From Candidatus Kuenenia stuttgartensis (lineage in GTDB: Bacteria > Planctomycetota > Brocadiia > Brocadiales > Brocadiaceae), in assembly GCF_900232105.1 (NCBI RefSeq), contig NZ_LT934425.1:3690001-3722000 (forward strand): 32,000 nt of DNA, given 5' to 3'. How positions within the stretch are numbered: the first letter of the stretch is position 1; each line of letters begins with the position of its first letter. The position numbers and the translations under genes are program-made. The notes beneath the pieces were generated by a model. It did no database searches and had not been told where the DNA came from. It saw only the letters and a list, made by a program, of their open reading frames with translations. Below are positions 19,204 through 27,266 of the stretch, piece after piece.

Positions 19204-19398
19204 TTGTATAGAAATTATTACGGAGTTATTCATCATGTATTATGTTTTTAAATTGTGTAAGGTGCTCTTTGTAGTAACGATGTAGTTTTTTGAAAAATTC
19301 CAATAATAGCGCTGCTTGCCGCATAGTGTAGGGGAGAAGCATTTGTTATAATCGGTTGCTGCTCGTTCCTCACTTGATATCTACGCCCACTAAATTCA

Positions 19399-19427
19399 TG
19401 TAGTGCGACGAACCTCGTCGCACTACA
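19399..19427. repeat. Hairpin TGTAGTGCGACGA-ACC-TCGTCGCACTACA
   Basis: Perfect 13-bp stem with 3-nt loop. Confidence 0.85.
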
Positions 19428-19471
19428 AATGACAATTTCCAGTTTCAAAAGACTAAAGTGTTACTCTTTGT

Positions 19472-21328
19472 AACGGATGTTCACCCCTGCCAAAACGCAT
19501 AAGTGCTTAATACATAGTTTGTTAAGGCTGTATTTTTAATAAATATGTAGTCACTAATATATTGTTATTATACGACAATATACTTGACGGATAATGGTTG
19601 TTATCTGTACAATGGTGGACATGCATATTGTAGAGAACAAGTCAAAATCCGGTAAAAAAATCTATCGATCTACCCTTCTGCGGGAATCGTACCGTGAGGA
19701 TGGGAAGGTCAAGAAACGCACCATTGCGAATCTGTCGAATTGCACTCCCCTGGAGATTGAAGCGATAAGACTTGCACTCGCACATAAAGACGATCTCTGT
19801 GCATTGGGCGCATTGTCAGAATCGGTGAAACTCCATGAGGGTTTGTCTATGGGAGCAGCGTGGAGCGTGTACCAAGTGGCAAAGGAATTAGGGATAGAAG
19901 AGGCATTGGGAAAGGACTTTGAAGGAAAGCTGGCGCTTTGGCAAGTAATGGCAAGGGTAATAGGCCAGGGGTCAAGACTGTCTGCAGTAAGGCTGGCGCA
20001 GATACATGCTGCGGGTGACGTCCTGGATATGAAGCGTGGGTTTGACGAGAACAATCTGTACGATAATTTGTCATGGTTGTCAGAGAATCAGGCAAAGATA
20101 GAGCGAAAGCTGTTTGAGTTAAGACGAGGAGGCAATAAGCCGAAGTTGTTTTTGTATGACGTGACGAGCAGTTATTTAGAGGGGAAGTCGAATCATTTTG
20201 GTGAGTACGGGTATAATCGTGACGGCAAAAAGAGGAAAAAACAGATAGTGATCGGTATGCTTTGTGATGAATCCGGGGAGCCGGTATCAACAGAAGTATT
20301 TAGGGGCAACACCCAGGATCCGAAGACCTTTGAATCTCAGGTAAAGAAGGTATTAGAGCGGTTTGGATGCAAAGATGTAACGATTGTAGGAGATCGTGGG
20401 ATGATCAAGACGGTGCAAATCGAAAGTTTACCGGAAGGGTTTCATTACATAACGGCGATAACTAAGCCGCAGATAGAGTCGTTGATAAATAAAGGGATAC
20501 TGCAATTAGGATTGTTCGAAGAAAAGCTCTGCGAGATAAAGGATGATGAGGTTAGATATATTCTGAGGCGCAATCCGGTAAGGGCGGAAGAGATGTCAAA
20601 GACCCGTGTATCAAAATTACAGAGTATAGAGAAATACATCGTGAAGAAGAACAGTTATCTGAAGGAACATCCTAAGTCGTCAGTATCGAAGGCACTGGAA
20701 ACAACAAGGGAAAGGCTAACGAGATTGAAACTTGATGGGTGGGTGCAGATAAAAGAAGAGGATAGGACGCTAAAGATAGAGAGAGATGAGGAAGCATTAA
20801 AGGAGGCATCATACCTTGATGGTTGTTACGCAATCAAGACTGATCTTGAGGAGAACGAGGCGGATACCAATCTGGTACATGAACGATACAAGGATTTAAC
20901 GGAAGTGGAGAAGGCGTTTCGGGACTGTAAGACGGTGAATTTGGAGGTTCGTCCGGTGTATGTAAGAAAGGAGGATAGTACACGGGGACATGTGTTTGTG
21001 GTAATGCTTGCGTACATGATAATTCGAAGGCTGCGCAGAGCGTGGAAGAATTTTGACTTGACGGTAGAGGAAGGTCTCGCACAATTGACGACCATTTGTT
21101 CGATGGAAGTAACAATCAAAGGCCAAAAAGCTAGTTGCCAGAAGATCCCGCGTCCGCGGCAACAATCACATGAATTATTAGAGGCATTACAGATAAAGTT
21201 GCCAGAAGTATTGCCAAGCCGGAACATACGGGTAGTCACTAGAAAAAAGCTTGCTGTTCGGCGTAAAAGTCAATAAATATAAGGCTTTTACGGCACTTTT
21301 GTTTTTTGACTTGGGGTGAACATCCGTT
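19472..21328 (+). mobile_element. IS1634-like insertion sequence with terminal inverted repeats
   Basis: AACGGATGTTCACCCC at 19472-19487 and its reverse complement GGGGTGAACATCCGTT at 21313-21328. Imperfect similarity extends inward (CAAAA..CA.AAGTGC). A single transposase ORF lies between. No clear target duplication seen. Confidence 0.75.
19594..21276 (+). CDS. IS1634/IS4-superfamily DDE transposase
   Basis: LFLYDVTSSYLEGKSNHFGEYGYNRDGKKRKKQIVIGMLCDESGEPVSTEVFRGNTQDPKTF, VGDRGMI, YKDLTEVEKAFRDCKTVNLEVRPVYVRKEDSTRGHVFVVMLAYMI. Confidence 0.93.
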   Translation: MVVICTMVDMHIVENKSKSGKKIYRSTLLRESYREDGKVKKRTIANLSNCTPLEIEAIRLALAHKDDLCALGALSESVKLHEGLSMGAAWSVYQVAKELGIEEALGKDFEGKLALWQVMARVIGQGSRLSAVRLAQIHAAGDVLDMKRGFDENNLYDNLSWLSENQAKIERKLFELRRGGNKPKLFLYDVTSSYLEGKSNHFGEYGYNRDGKKRKKQIVIGMLCDESGEPVSTEVFRGNTQDPKTFESQVKKVLERFGCKDVTIVGDRGMIKTVQIESLPEGFHYITAITKPQIESLINKGILQLGLFEEKLCEIKDDEVRYILRRNPVRAEEMSKTRVSKLQSIEKYIVKKNSYLKEHPKSSVSKALETTRERLTRLKLDGWVQIKEEDRTLKIERDEEALKEASYLDGCYAIKTDLEENEADTNLVHERYKDLTEVEKAFRDCKTVNLEVRPVYVRKEDSTRGHVFVVMLAYMIIRRLRRAWKNFDLTVEEGLAQLTTICSMEVTIKGQKASCQKIPRPRQQSHELLEALQIKLPEVLPSRNIRVVTRKKLAVRRKSQ

Positions 21329-21345
21329 GTAAGTAATAACAAACA

Positions 21346-22320
21346 ATGACTTCCATTGAATCAGGCATTAAGGCCTCTGTGCTTGGTATAATTATTAATA
21401 CAGCGCTGGCAATAATTAAAATCATTACCGGCATCATCGGGCATTCGTATGCATTAATTGCAGACGGCATTGAATCCACTACGGATGTCATCAGTTCTGT
21501 TATCGTATGGAGCGGCCTGAGAATAGCATCAGAACCTCCGGATGAAAAACACCCTTACGGGCATGGAAAGGCAGACTCTATTGCAGGACTGTTTGTTTCC
21601 ATGTTATTATTTGGGGCAGCCTTGTTTATTGCAGTTCATAGTATTAAAGATATTCTGGTTCCCCATAAAACACCTGAATGGTTTACGCTTATCGTATTAG
21701 TGTTTGTCATTGTAACAAAAGAAATACTCTTTCGGTTTGTTATTTCCATCGGAGATTCAATAGACAGTACCGCATTGCAAGGTGACGCATGGCATCATCG
21801 GGCTGACGCACTTACTTCAGCCGCGGCATTAATTGGTATTTCAATTGCTCTTATAGGCGGCAAAGGCTATGAAAGCGCAGACAGTTGGGCGGCTTTATTT
21901 GCATGTGTGATTATAACTTTTAACGGTATGAAACTTTTCAGGACAGCGCTCAATGAGGTAATGGATGCCTCAGCTCCGCAAACAATAAAAGATGAAACCA
22001 TTAGAATGGCAAAACAGGTAGAGGGTGTTTTATCGATCGGGAAATGCAGGATTAGAAAAAGCGGAATTACGCTGCTGGTAGATATTCATGTGCAGGTTGA
22101 AGGTGAGATGAGTGTAATGGAAAGCCATGCGATTGCACACCTGGTAAAAGACGAGCTGATTAATAAAAATGTAAATATCCGCGATGTGGTAGTGCATATA
22201 GAACCGTACCATTCTGATAAAATAAATGTAAAAGAATACAATGGACTTTCATTTTTTTCATATGTAAGCTCAATTTGGTTTTTATTACTTTTATTTGACA
22301 AAAAGGAGAATACCATATGA
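21346..22320 (+). CDS. Cation diffusion facilitator (CDF) family transporter
   Basis: YALIADGIESTTDVISSVIVWSGLRIASEPPDEKHPYGHGKADSIAGLFVSM, DAWHHRADALTSAAALIG. Confidence 0.92.
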   Translation: MTSIESGIKASVLGIIINTALAIIKIITGIIGHSYALIADGIESTTDVISSVIVWSGLRIASEPPDEKHPYGHGKADSIAGLFVSMLLFGAALFIAVHSIKDILVPHKTPEWFTLIVLVFVIVTKEILFRFVISIGDSIDSTALQGDAWHHRADALTSAAALIGISIALIGGKGYESADSWAALFACVIITFNGMKLFRTALNEVMDASAPQTIKDETIRMAKQVEGVLSIGKCRIRKSGITLLVDIHVQVEGEMSVMESHAIAHLVKDELINKNVNIRDVVVHIEPYHSDKINVKEYNGLSFFSYVSSIWFLLLLFDKKENTI

Positions 22321-22392
22321 CTAATAATGCAGTATTTTATTGGTGGATTTTTTAAATAAACATTTATAAGAGGAAATTCGGGAGGGATGGTT

Positions 22393-23478
22393 ATGGGTAT
22401 TTTAAATACATTTAAAAAAGTATATGCAGTGACGGGTTTTTTTGCCTTGTTAGCAGTATTTTCTCTATCGCAGGTGGGGTCCTCTGCTTTTGCCGCGTGT
22501 GCAAAAGTAGATGATTGCTTTTCGTGTCATACCACACAAGAATTAAATGCAGTCCATAAAAATACTCCATACCAGGGACAAAGCTGTATTGTGTGTCACA
22601 AAGCTTTTGCTGCAGATGATACATGCTCAGACGCAAAAGATGGTAGATTCGCAAAAATTTCATCTGAAATAAACATCAACAAAGAAGATTGGAACAAAAT
22701 TCAACGTGCAGTCCATGAGACAACAGAAAAGCATCTTGTAGGGAGAAAATTCTTAAACATTTACGGACCACTTGGAACAGGCGCCCAGAGTGTGCCACTT
22801 GATACGTATGGCCTGCCATCATGGGCAAGCATTGATATGCTGGGCGAGGGCAATGAGGCGATACATCCCCTTAAGAGGGAAATTGCTCAAATATACCTTA
22901 TTTACAAAGACTTTTGGCTTTTCCGGAGAGATATTGAGTTCAGCAAAAAGTGTGAGACGCCCATTGATATAAGTGCTGCAATAGGAGCTGCGGTGTCTGT
23001 TTCCAGGAAAGAGGACGACATGGTTTTTAACGGTTTGTCTGAGATGGGCATTCCGGGGCTTTTGACTGCAAGCGGCAGGAATATAATGAAACTCAGTGAT
23101 TGGTCAGTTATTGGAAACGGCTTTCAGGATGTTGTATTGGCAGTAGAGAAACTGACAAGCAGGGGTTTTAATGGCCCGTTTGCTTTGGTAGTGAGTCCAA
23201 AGTTGTATGCATATCTCCACAGGGTTTATGAGCGTACAGGACAATTAGAGATACAGGGGGTAAAAGAGTTGGTAAACGGGGGTGTTTATCAGAGCTACGT
23301 TTTTAATAAAGATGTGGCGCTCGTAATTGCAACGGGCAGTCTGAATATGGACCTTGCCGTAGGGAGCAATTATAAAGTAGAGTACTGGGGCCCTCAGGAT
23401 CTGAACCACCGGTTCAGGGTTGTGGGGAGTTCTGTGCTCAGGATTAAATGTCCGCAGGCAATTTGTACATTGGAGTAG
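22393..23478 (+). CDS. Encapsulin (family 1, HK97-fold shell protein) with N-terminal signal peptide and diheme c-type cytochrome domain
   Basis: N-terminus MGILNTFKKVYAVTGFFALLAVFSLSQVGSSAFAACAKVDDCFSCH...CIVCH. Then an encapsulin-like core: NKEDWNKIQRAVHETTEKHLVGRKFLNIYGPLGTGAQSVPLDTYG, KEDDMVFNGLSEMGIPGLL, GFNGPFALVVSPKLYAYLHRVYERTGQLEIQGVKELVNGGVYQSYVF, VALVIATGSLNMDLAVGSNYKVEYWGPQDLNHRFRVVGSSVLRI. Track start is 22387; ATG 22393 is better spaced from the GGAGGG Shine-Dalgarno. Confidence 0.9.
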   Translation: MGILNTFKKVYAVTGFFALLAVFSLSQVGSSAFAACAKVDDCFSCHTTQELNAVHKNTPYQGQSCIVCHKAFAADDTCSDAKDGRFAKISSEININKEDWNKIQRAVHETTEKHLVGRKFLNIYGPLGTGAQSVPLDTYGLPSWASIDMLGEGNEAIHPLKREIAQIYLIYKDFWLFRRDIEFSKKCETPIDISAAIGAAVSVSRKEDDMVFNGLSEMGIPGLLTASGRNIMKLSDWSVIGNGFQDVVLAVEKLTSRGFNGPFALVVSPKLYAYLHRVYERTGQLEIQGVKELVNGGVYQSYVFNKDVALVIATGSLNMDLAVGSNYKVEYWGPQDLNHRFRVVGSSVLRIKCPQAICTLE

Positions 23479-23481
23479 GTT

Positions 23482-26040
23482 ATGCTTAACAAATCAGCGG
23501 CTTTAGTGCCTGTGGTGCTGGCTTTCCTTTTCCTTTTTCTGTGTTTTCAATGTTTATACGCTGACATCCGCTGTCTTACCGGTAAGGATGGTGCTGTGCA
23601 TTTGGAGATGGAGGCCAAACCCTTAACAATAGAGCCAAGGCCCGGCGTGTTCTTTGATGCCTGGGGGTATTGCCTGAAAGGTGACGTACCCACCGTACCC
23701 GGCCCTGTCATAAAGGTAAGGGAAGGAACTAAGGTTAAGATTCTCTTCAGGAATAAACTGACAGTTCCTGCCTCTATCCACCCTCACGGAGTTAAATATA
23801 CCACCGCCAATGTCGGCGTTAATATTGCCGGGAATCCAGCAAGTATTGTAGCGCCTGGGGATTCAAGGATTTTTGAGTGGGATACTGCCGGCACGCCAGG
23901 CACGTGGTTTTACCACTCCTACGTATTTGAGAGAGGCGGCGAAGAGGGATTATCCAGAGGATTATGGGGAGCGCTTATTGTGGAACCGGTTGGCGGTGAT
24001 CCAAATCCTCCGGATAAAGAGTTTGTGGTATTTATGCATGCATTTAATGTAAACGGACAGGAATACTATGCCTTTAACAATAAATCAGGCGATATTGAGC
24101 TTATGAGGGGAGACAGTTCCGCATTTCCAGGAGAAACATGGAAGGCAAAAATGGGGGACAAGGTAAGGTTTCATCTCATAAATATTACGGAGGAAGCACA
24201 CACTTTTCATACCCACGGGCATCGCTGGCTGGATAAATCTTGTGATAAGCTTATTGATACTATCGGGTTGAATCCATTTGACTCTTATGTCCTGGATTTC
24301 GTTGCCGGTGAAGGTGTGGGGAAGGGTAACTGGGCTTTTCACTGCCAGTCACAGGAACATATGATGAACGGCATGTTCGGTATTTTTATGGTTGAGGAAG
24401 GGAAAAGGGTCAATGCTGTGATTGCATCGTGCGATGAAGGTAGGAAAACACTCAGTGCGCCTGGCCAGGATAGACAGCCTCCAACGCTTGAGGGTTTTTC
24501 AGGTGCTTACATGTATCCGGAAATTACAGAGAAAAACATGTATGAATCATTTGCAGGCTTAGAAAAGGGTGACGGCATTTGGGGTGATTATTATAGCCCT
24601 ATTCCGCTTTATACCTATTTTAATCCTTCACGGCATTATGTTCCTCCGGAAAGCGACGCTTATACAAATCTACTGGTGAAATACAGGCCGGATCAGTGCG
24701 TAGAATGCCATGAGGAAACAACACCTGGTATTGTTGCCGAATGGAAAATGTCCAACCATGCAAATCCAAAGAAAAACCCGCATGTATCCGCTGAGACGCA
24801 GGAGATAGAGGCATTAATCGGGAAAGAGCTGAACAACTGGCGGCCTGGCACAAAGGACGGTGTGTATTGTTCTTACTGCCATGGTTCCGATCATGAAAAA
24901 CTCTTTATGCCCACAGTTGACAATTCATGCGGAGCCTGTCATCCAAAACAAGCAGCGGAATTTATAAAAGGGAGAGATCATGGAAGGCCAAACCACCCTC
25001 AAAGCTGGGAAGGGAATGTATCTACTCCATGGTATGCTGAATACTATCGGCGAGGCGAGGGATATTCTATGGTGGGGTGCGATCAATGCCACCAAAACAT
25101 GTCTTCATGTGATGATTGCCATTCACGCCACCGTTTTTCCGCGGCTGAAGCCCGAAGGCCCGAAGCATGTTCAATTTGTCATATGGGACCTGACCACCCC
25201 GATTGGGAGAGTTATTCACGTTCCAAATGGGGGGTAATTTATGAGACTACAAAAGAGCGGTGGAATTGGGACAAAAACCTTGCGGAGGTTATTCCCGGGG
25301 AAGATTATCTGGCGCCGACTTGTCAATATTGTCATATGTACGTTGGAAATAATAAATGGGAAATGAATGTGGAAACAAAGGGTATATGGCGCATGGGAGT
25401 CATTCCCCCAAAGGAAGTGGAATTTAAATCAGGACTAAAAGACTTCCCCTATGGAATAAAAATACCGCCCATGGATAAAAAACTTGAAATCTATTCTGCT
25501 GAAAGCCAGGAAAAACGCCGCAAATGGGTGGAGCTTTGTTCAAAATGCCATAGCAGCCGCTTTGCCGGCATGTGGCTTGATTCGTTAGACCAATATATGT
25601 TTGAATCATGGCGGCGGATAGACGAAGCGCAGCTTATTATAGAAAAACTTTTTAGTGAGAATGCAATTGAACCTCCTCCGGAGAAAAGGCCTCCCTTTCC
25701 CCTCAGTGATTTGATTATTAAGGTGCTTGGCGCTGAAAAACTGGGGGCTGAAATGTACAGGCTATTTAAACAAACCAACGGGCATTTACCGGTGATAGGC
25801 CCCATTCTTGGCGCTTATTCTATTTTTACCCAAAATGAAGGGAATCCTGGCGGCATAGAAAGGGAATATGCGGAGATGTGGTTCTGGAGCCATTTGCAAG
25901 GTTATAAAGGCGCTGCTCACGCCCAGCCGGATATAAGCTGGTGGTGGGGTACTGCTCAGGGAGTCGGGAATCTGACTCGTATACGGGATGAGGCTGAAAA
26001 ATTAAGACGTTTAAAATCCGGTAGCAGTTCAGGCTTTTGA
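23482..26040 (+). CDS. Cupredoxin (NirK/multicopper-oxidase-like) - octaheme hydroxylamine-oxidoreductase-like fusion; presumptive encapsulin cargo
   Basis: Signal peptide; two cupredoxin domains (ASIHPHGVKY, GTWFYHSYV, HTFHTHGHRW, WAFHCQSQEHMMNGM). Then eight CxxCH motifs: CVECH, CSYCH, CGACH, CDQCH, CDDCH, CSICH, CQYCH, CSKCH. HAO-like tail with WLDSLDQYMFESWRRIDEAQLII. Confidence 0.88.
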   Translation: MLNKSAALVPVVLAFLFLFLCFQCLYADIRCLTGKDGAVHLEMEAKPLTIEPRPGVFFDAWGYCLKGDVPTVPGPVIKVREGTKVKILFRNKLTVPASIHPHGVKYTTANVGVNIAGNPASIVAPGDSRIFEWDTAGTPGTWFYHSYVFERGGEEGLSRGLWGALIVEPVGGDPNPPDKEFVVFMHAFNVNGQEYYAFNNKSGDIELMRGDSSAFPGETWKAKMGDKVRFHLINITEEAHTFHTHGHRWLDKSCDKLIDTIGLNPFDSYVLDFVAGEGVGKGNWAFHCQSQEHMMNGMFGIFMVEEGKRVNAVIASCDEGRKTLSAPGQDRQPPTLEGFSGAYMYPEITEKNMYESFAGLEKGDGIWGDYYSPIPLYTYFNPSRHYVPPESDAYTNLLVKYRPDQCVECHEETTPGIVAEWKMSNHANPKKNPHVSAETQEIEALIGKELNNWRPGTKDGVYCSYCHGSDHEKLFMPTVDNSCGACHPKQAAEFIKGRDHGRPNHPQSWEGNVSTPWYAEYYRRGEGYSMVGCDQCHQNMSSCDDCHSRHRFSAAEARRPEACSICHMGPDHPDWESYSRSKWGVIYETTKERWNWDKNLAEVIPGEDYLAPTCQYCHMYVGNNKWEMNVETKGIWRMGVIPPKEVEFKSGLKDFPYGIKIPPMDKKLEIYSAESQEKRRKWVELCSKCHSSRFAGMWLDSLDQYMFESWRRIDEAQLIIEKLFSENAIEPPPEKRPPFPLSDLIIKVLGAEKLGAEMYRLFKQTNGHLPVIGPILGAYSIFTQNEGNPGGIEREYAEMWFWSHLQGYKGAAHAQPDISWWWGTAQGVGNLTRIRDEAEKLRRLKSGSSSGF

Positions 26041-26085
26041 AAAAGCAAAGGCATTCGTTGGCAGGATTTTAAGTTTTTTATATGT

Positions 26086-27192
26086 ATGAGCGTGTTAAGA
26101 GTGTTGAACCGTCGTTACAAAAATCGATATTTTCAGATGAATAATTGTGTGAATTACAAAAAAGAGATAGTTAAAAATAGCATAAAATGGCTCTTCCCCA
26201 TAGCATTGCCGTTTGTTATTTATTGGGTTTTATTTTCGAAAATGAGGCCGGAAGATTTTCTCGTTACGATAAAAAATGCGTCTGTTCTCTGGTTAGCATT
26301 AGGGTTTATTGCCTATAGCGCAAACCAGGCATTTCGCACATTACGTTTTCAATGCCTTATCCACACAAAAAAGACATTGAGAAAACAATTGTTCCGGGTG
26401 CAGTCATTATACATTTTTTATAACTACTTGCTGCCTTTTAGGACCGGAGAGGCTACGTATATATATCTTGCGCGAAAGCATTTGAACATTCCTGTGGCGA
26501 ACGGTATCTCTTCCCTTGTGGTTGCAAGGATGTTTGATTACTCACTTCTTATTGTATGTTGCGGGATAATAGCATTATGTATGAAATTGCGCATGACACC
26601 CTGGATAAGCATGCTAATGAAAGGCGGGGCAGTATTGTTTTTTGCGATTACCGCATTGTTTATTTTGTGCATGTTAAGGAAGAATACCTATGTGGTATGG
26701 ATAGGGGAAAAAAGTAATTTTTTCGCTTTGTGGCAGGAAAATAAATTAATCCAAAAATTTTCAGGAGAGTTTCAGAAAATTGTACAGAGCTTCAGGGAAA
26801 TCAGTAATATCAGGACAGGCCTTCAAACCGTTTTTTATACACTATGTACCTGGTTGTGCATATTCCTGGCTTTTTATATGATTACCAGGGGATTAGGGTA
26901 TTCTGTAAGCTTTTTGCAGATGACAGCCGTATCGGTTATCGCCGTAATGTCAAGGGCGTTTCAGGGGGTCGCGGATTTTGGTTCACACGAGATGGGATGG
27001 TTCGGAGGACTGGTGCTTATCGGGTTTTCAGGGAAAGACGCCAGTATCGTATCTTTTTCATCACACATAATTATACTGTGTTATATGCTGGTTGTTACCA
27101 TTTATTCAAAAATTACTTTGAGAAAATACGATGCTATCGCAGCGGCGCCATGTATTTTGAAAGAAAGATATGGAAGGAGCGTCGGAGAATAA
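26086..27192 (+). CDS. Flippase-like / lysylphosphatidylglycerol synthase TM-domain family membrane protein
   Basis: Multi-TM; FRTLRFQCLIHTKK...YNYLLPFRTGEATYIYLARKHLNIPVANGISSLVVARMFDYSLL; ...FGSHEMGWFGGLVLIGFS. Confidence 0.78.
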   Translation: MSVLRVLNRRYKNRYFQMNNCVNYKKEIVKNSIKWLFPIALPFVIYWVLFSKMRPEDFLVTIKNASVLWLALGFIAYSANQAFRTLRFQCLIHTKKTLRKQLFRVQSLYIFYNYLLPFRTGEATYIYLARKHLNIPVANGISSLVVARMFDYSLLIVCCGIIALCMKLRMTPWISMLMKGGAVLFFAITALFILCMLRKNTYVVWIGEKSNFFALWQENKLIQKFSGEFQKIVQSFREISNIRTGLQTVFYTLCTWLCIFLAFYMITRGLGYSVSFLQMTAVSVIAVMSRAFQGVADFGSHEMGWFGGLVLIGFSGKDASIVSFSSHIIILCYMLVVTIYSKITLRKYDAIAAAPCILKERYGRSVGE

Positions 27193-27197
27193 TTTTA

Positions 27198-27225
27198 TTG
27201 ACAATCAGATTTTTTTTAGTATTAT
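27198..27225 (+). promoter_or_regulatory. Sigma70-like promoter (TTGACA-N16-TATTAT) upstream of the DUF2325 gene
   Basis: TTGACA 27198-27203; TATTAT 27220-27225; overlaps the stop region of the upstream gene. Confidence 0.55.
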
Positions 27226-27227
27226 AT

Positions 27228-27242
27228 TGCGAATGAGTCTCA
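27228..27242. promoter_or_regulatory. Fur-like palindrome TGCGAATGAGTCTCA
   Basis: Third copy of the motif, immediately downstream of the -10 box. Confidence 0.55.
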
Positions 27243-27266
27243 ATAACAATATTTGGAGGATTGAAA

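Noticed and set aside
19662-20290. Minus-strand ORFs of 130 and 147 aa opposite the transposase
   Set aside because: Shadow ORFs in a transposase gene of biased codon usage; no domain features.
19472-21328. Target-site duplication for the IS element
   Set aside because: Bases outside the inverted ends (…CTCTTTGT and GTAAGTAAT…) show no convincing direct repeat, so no duplication is claimed.
22772-22972. Plus-strand 66-aa ORF inside the encapsulin gene
   Set aside because: Out-of-frame shadow; the encapsulin frame is continuous and conserved-looking.
24980-25237. Plus-strand 85-aa ORF inside the NirK-HAO gene
   Set aside because: Out-of-frame shadow of an intact heme-motif-bearing ORF.
26844-27236. 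Plus-strand 130-aa ORF overlapping the flippase-like gene
   Set aside because: Alternate-frame reading within a strongly supported membrane-protein gene; no Shine-Dalgarno or recognisable family.
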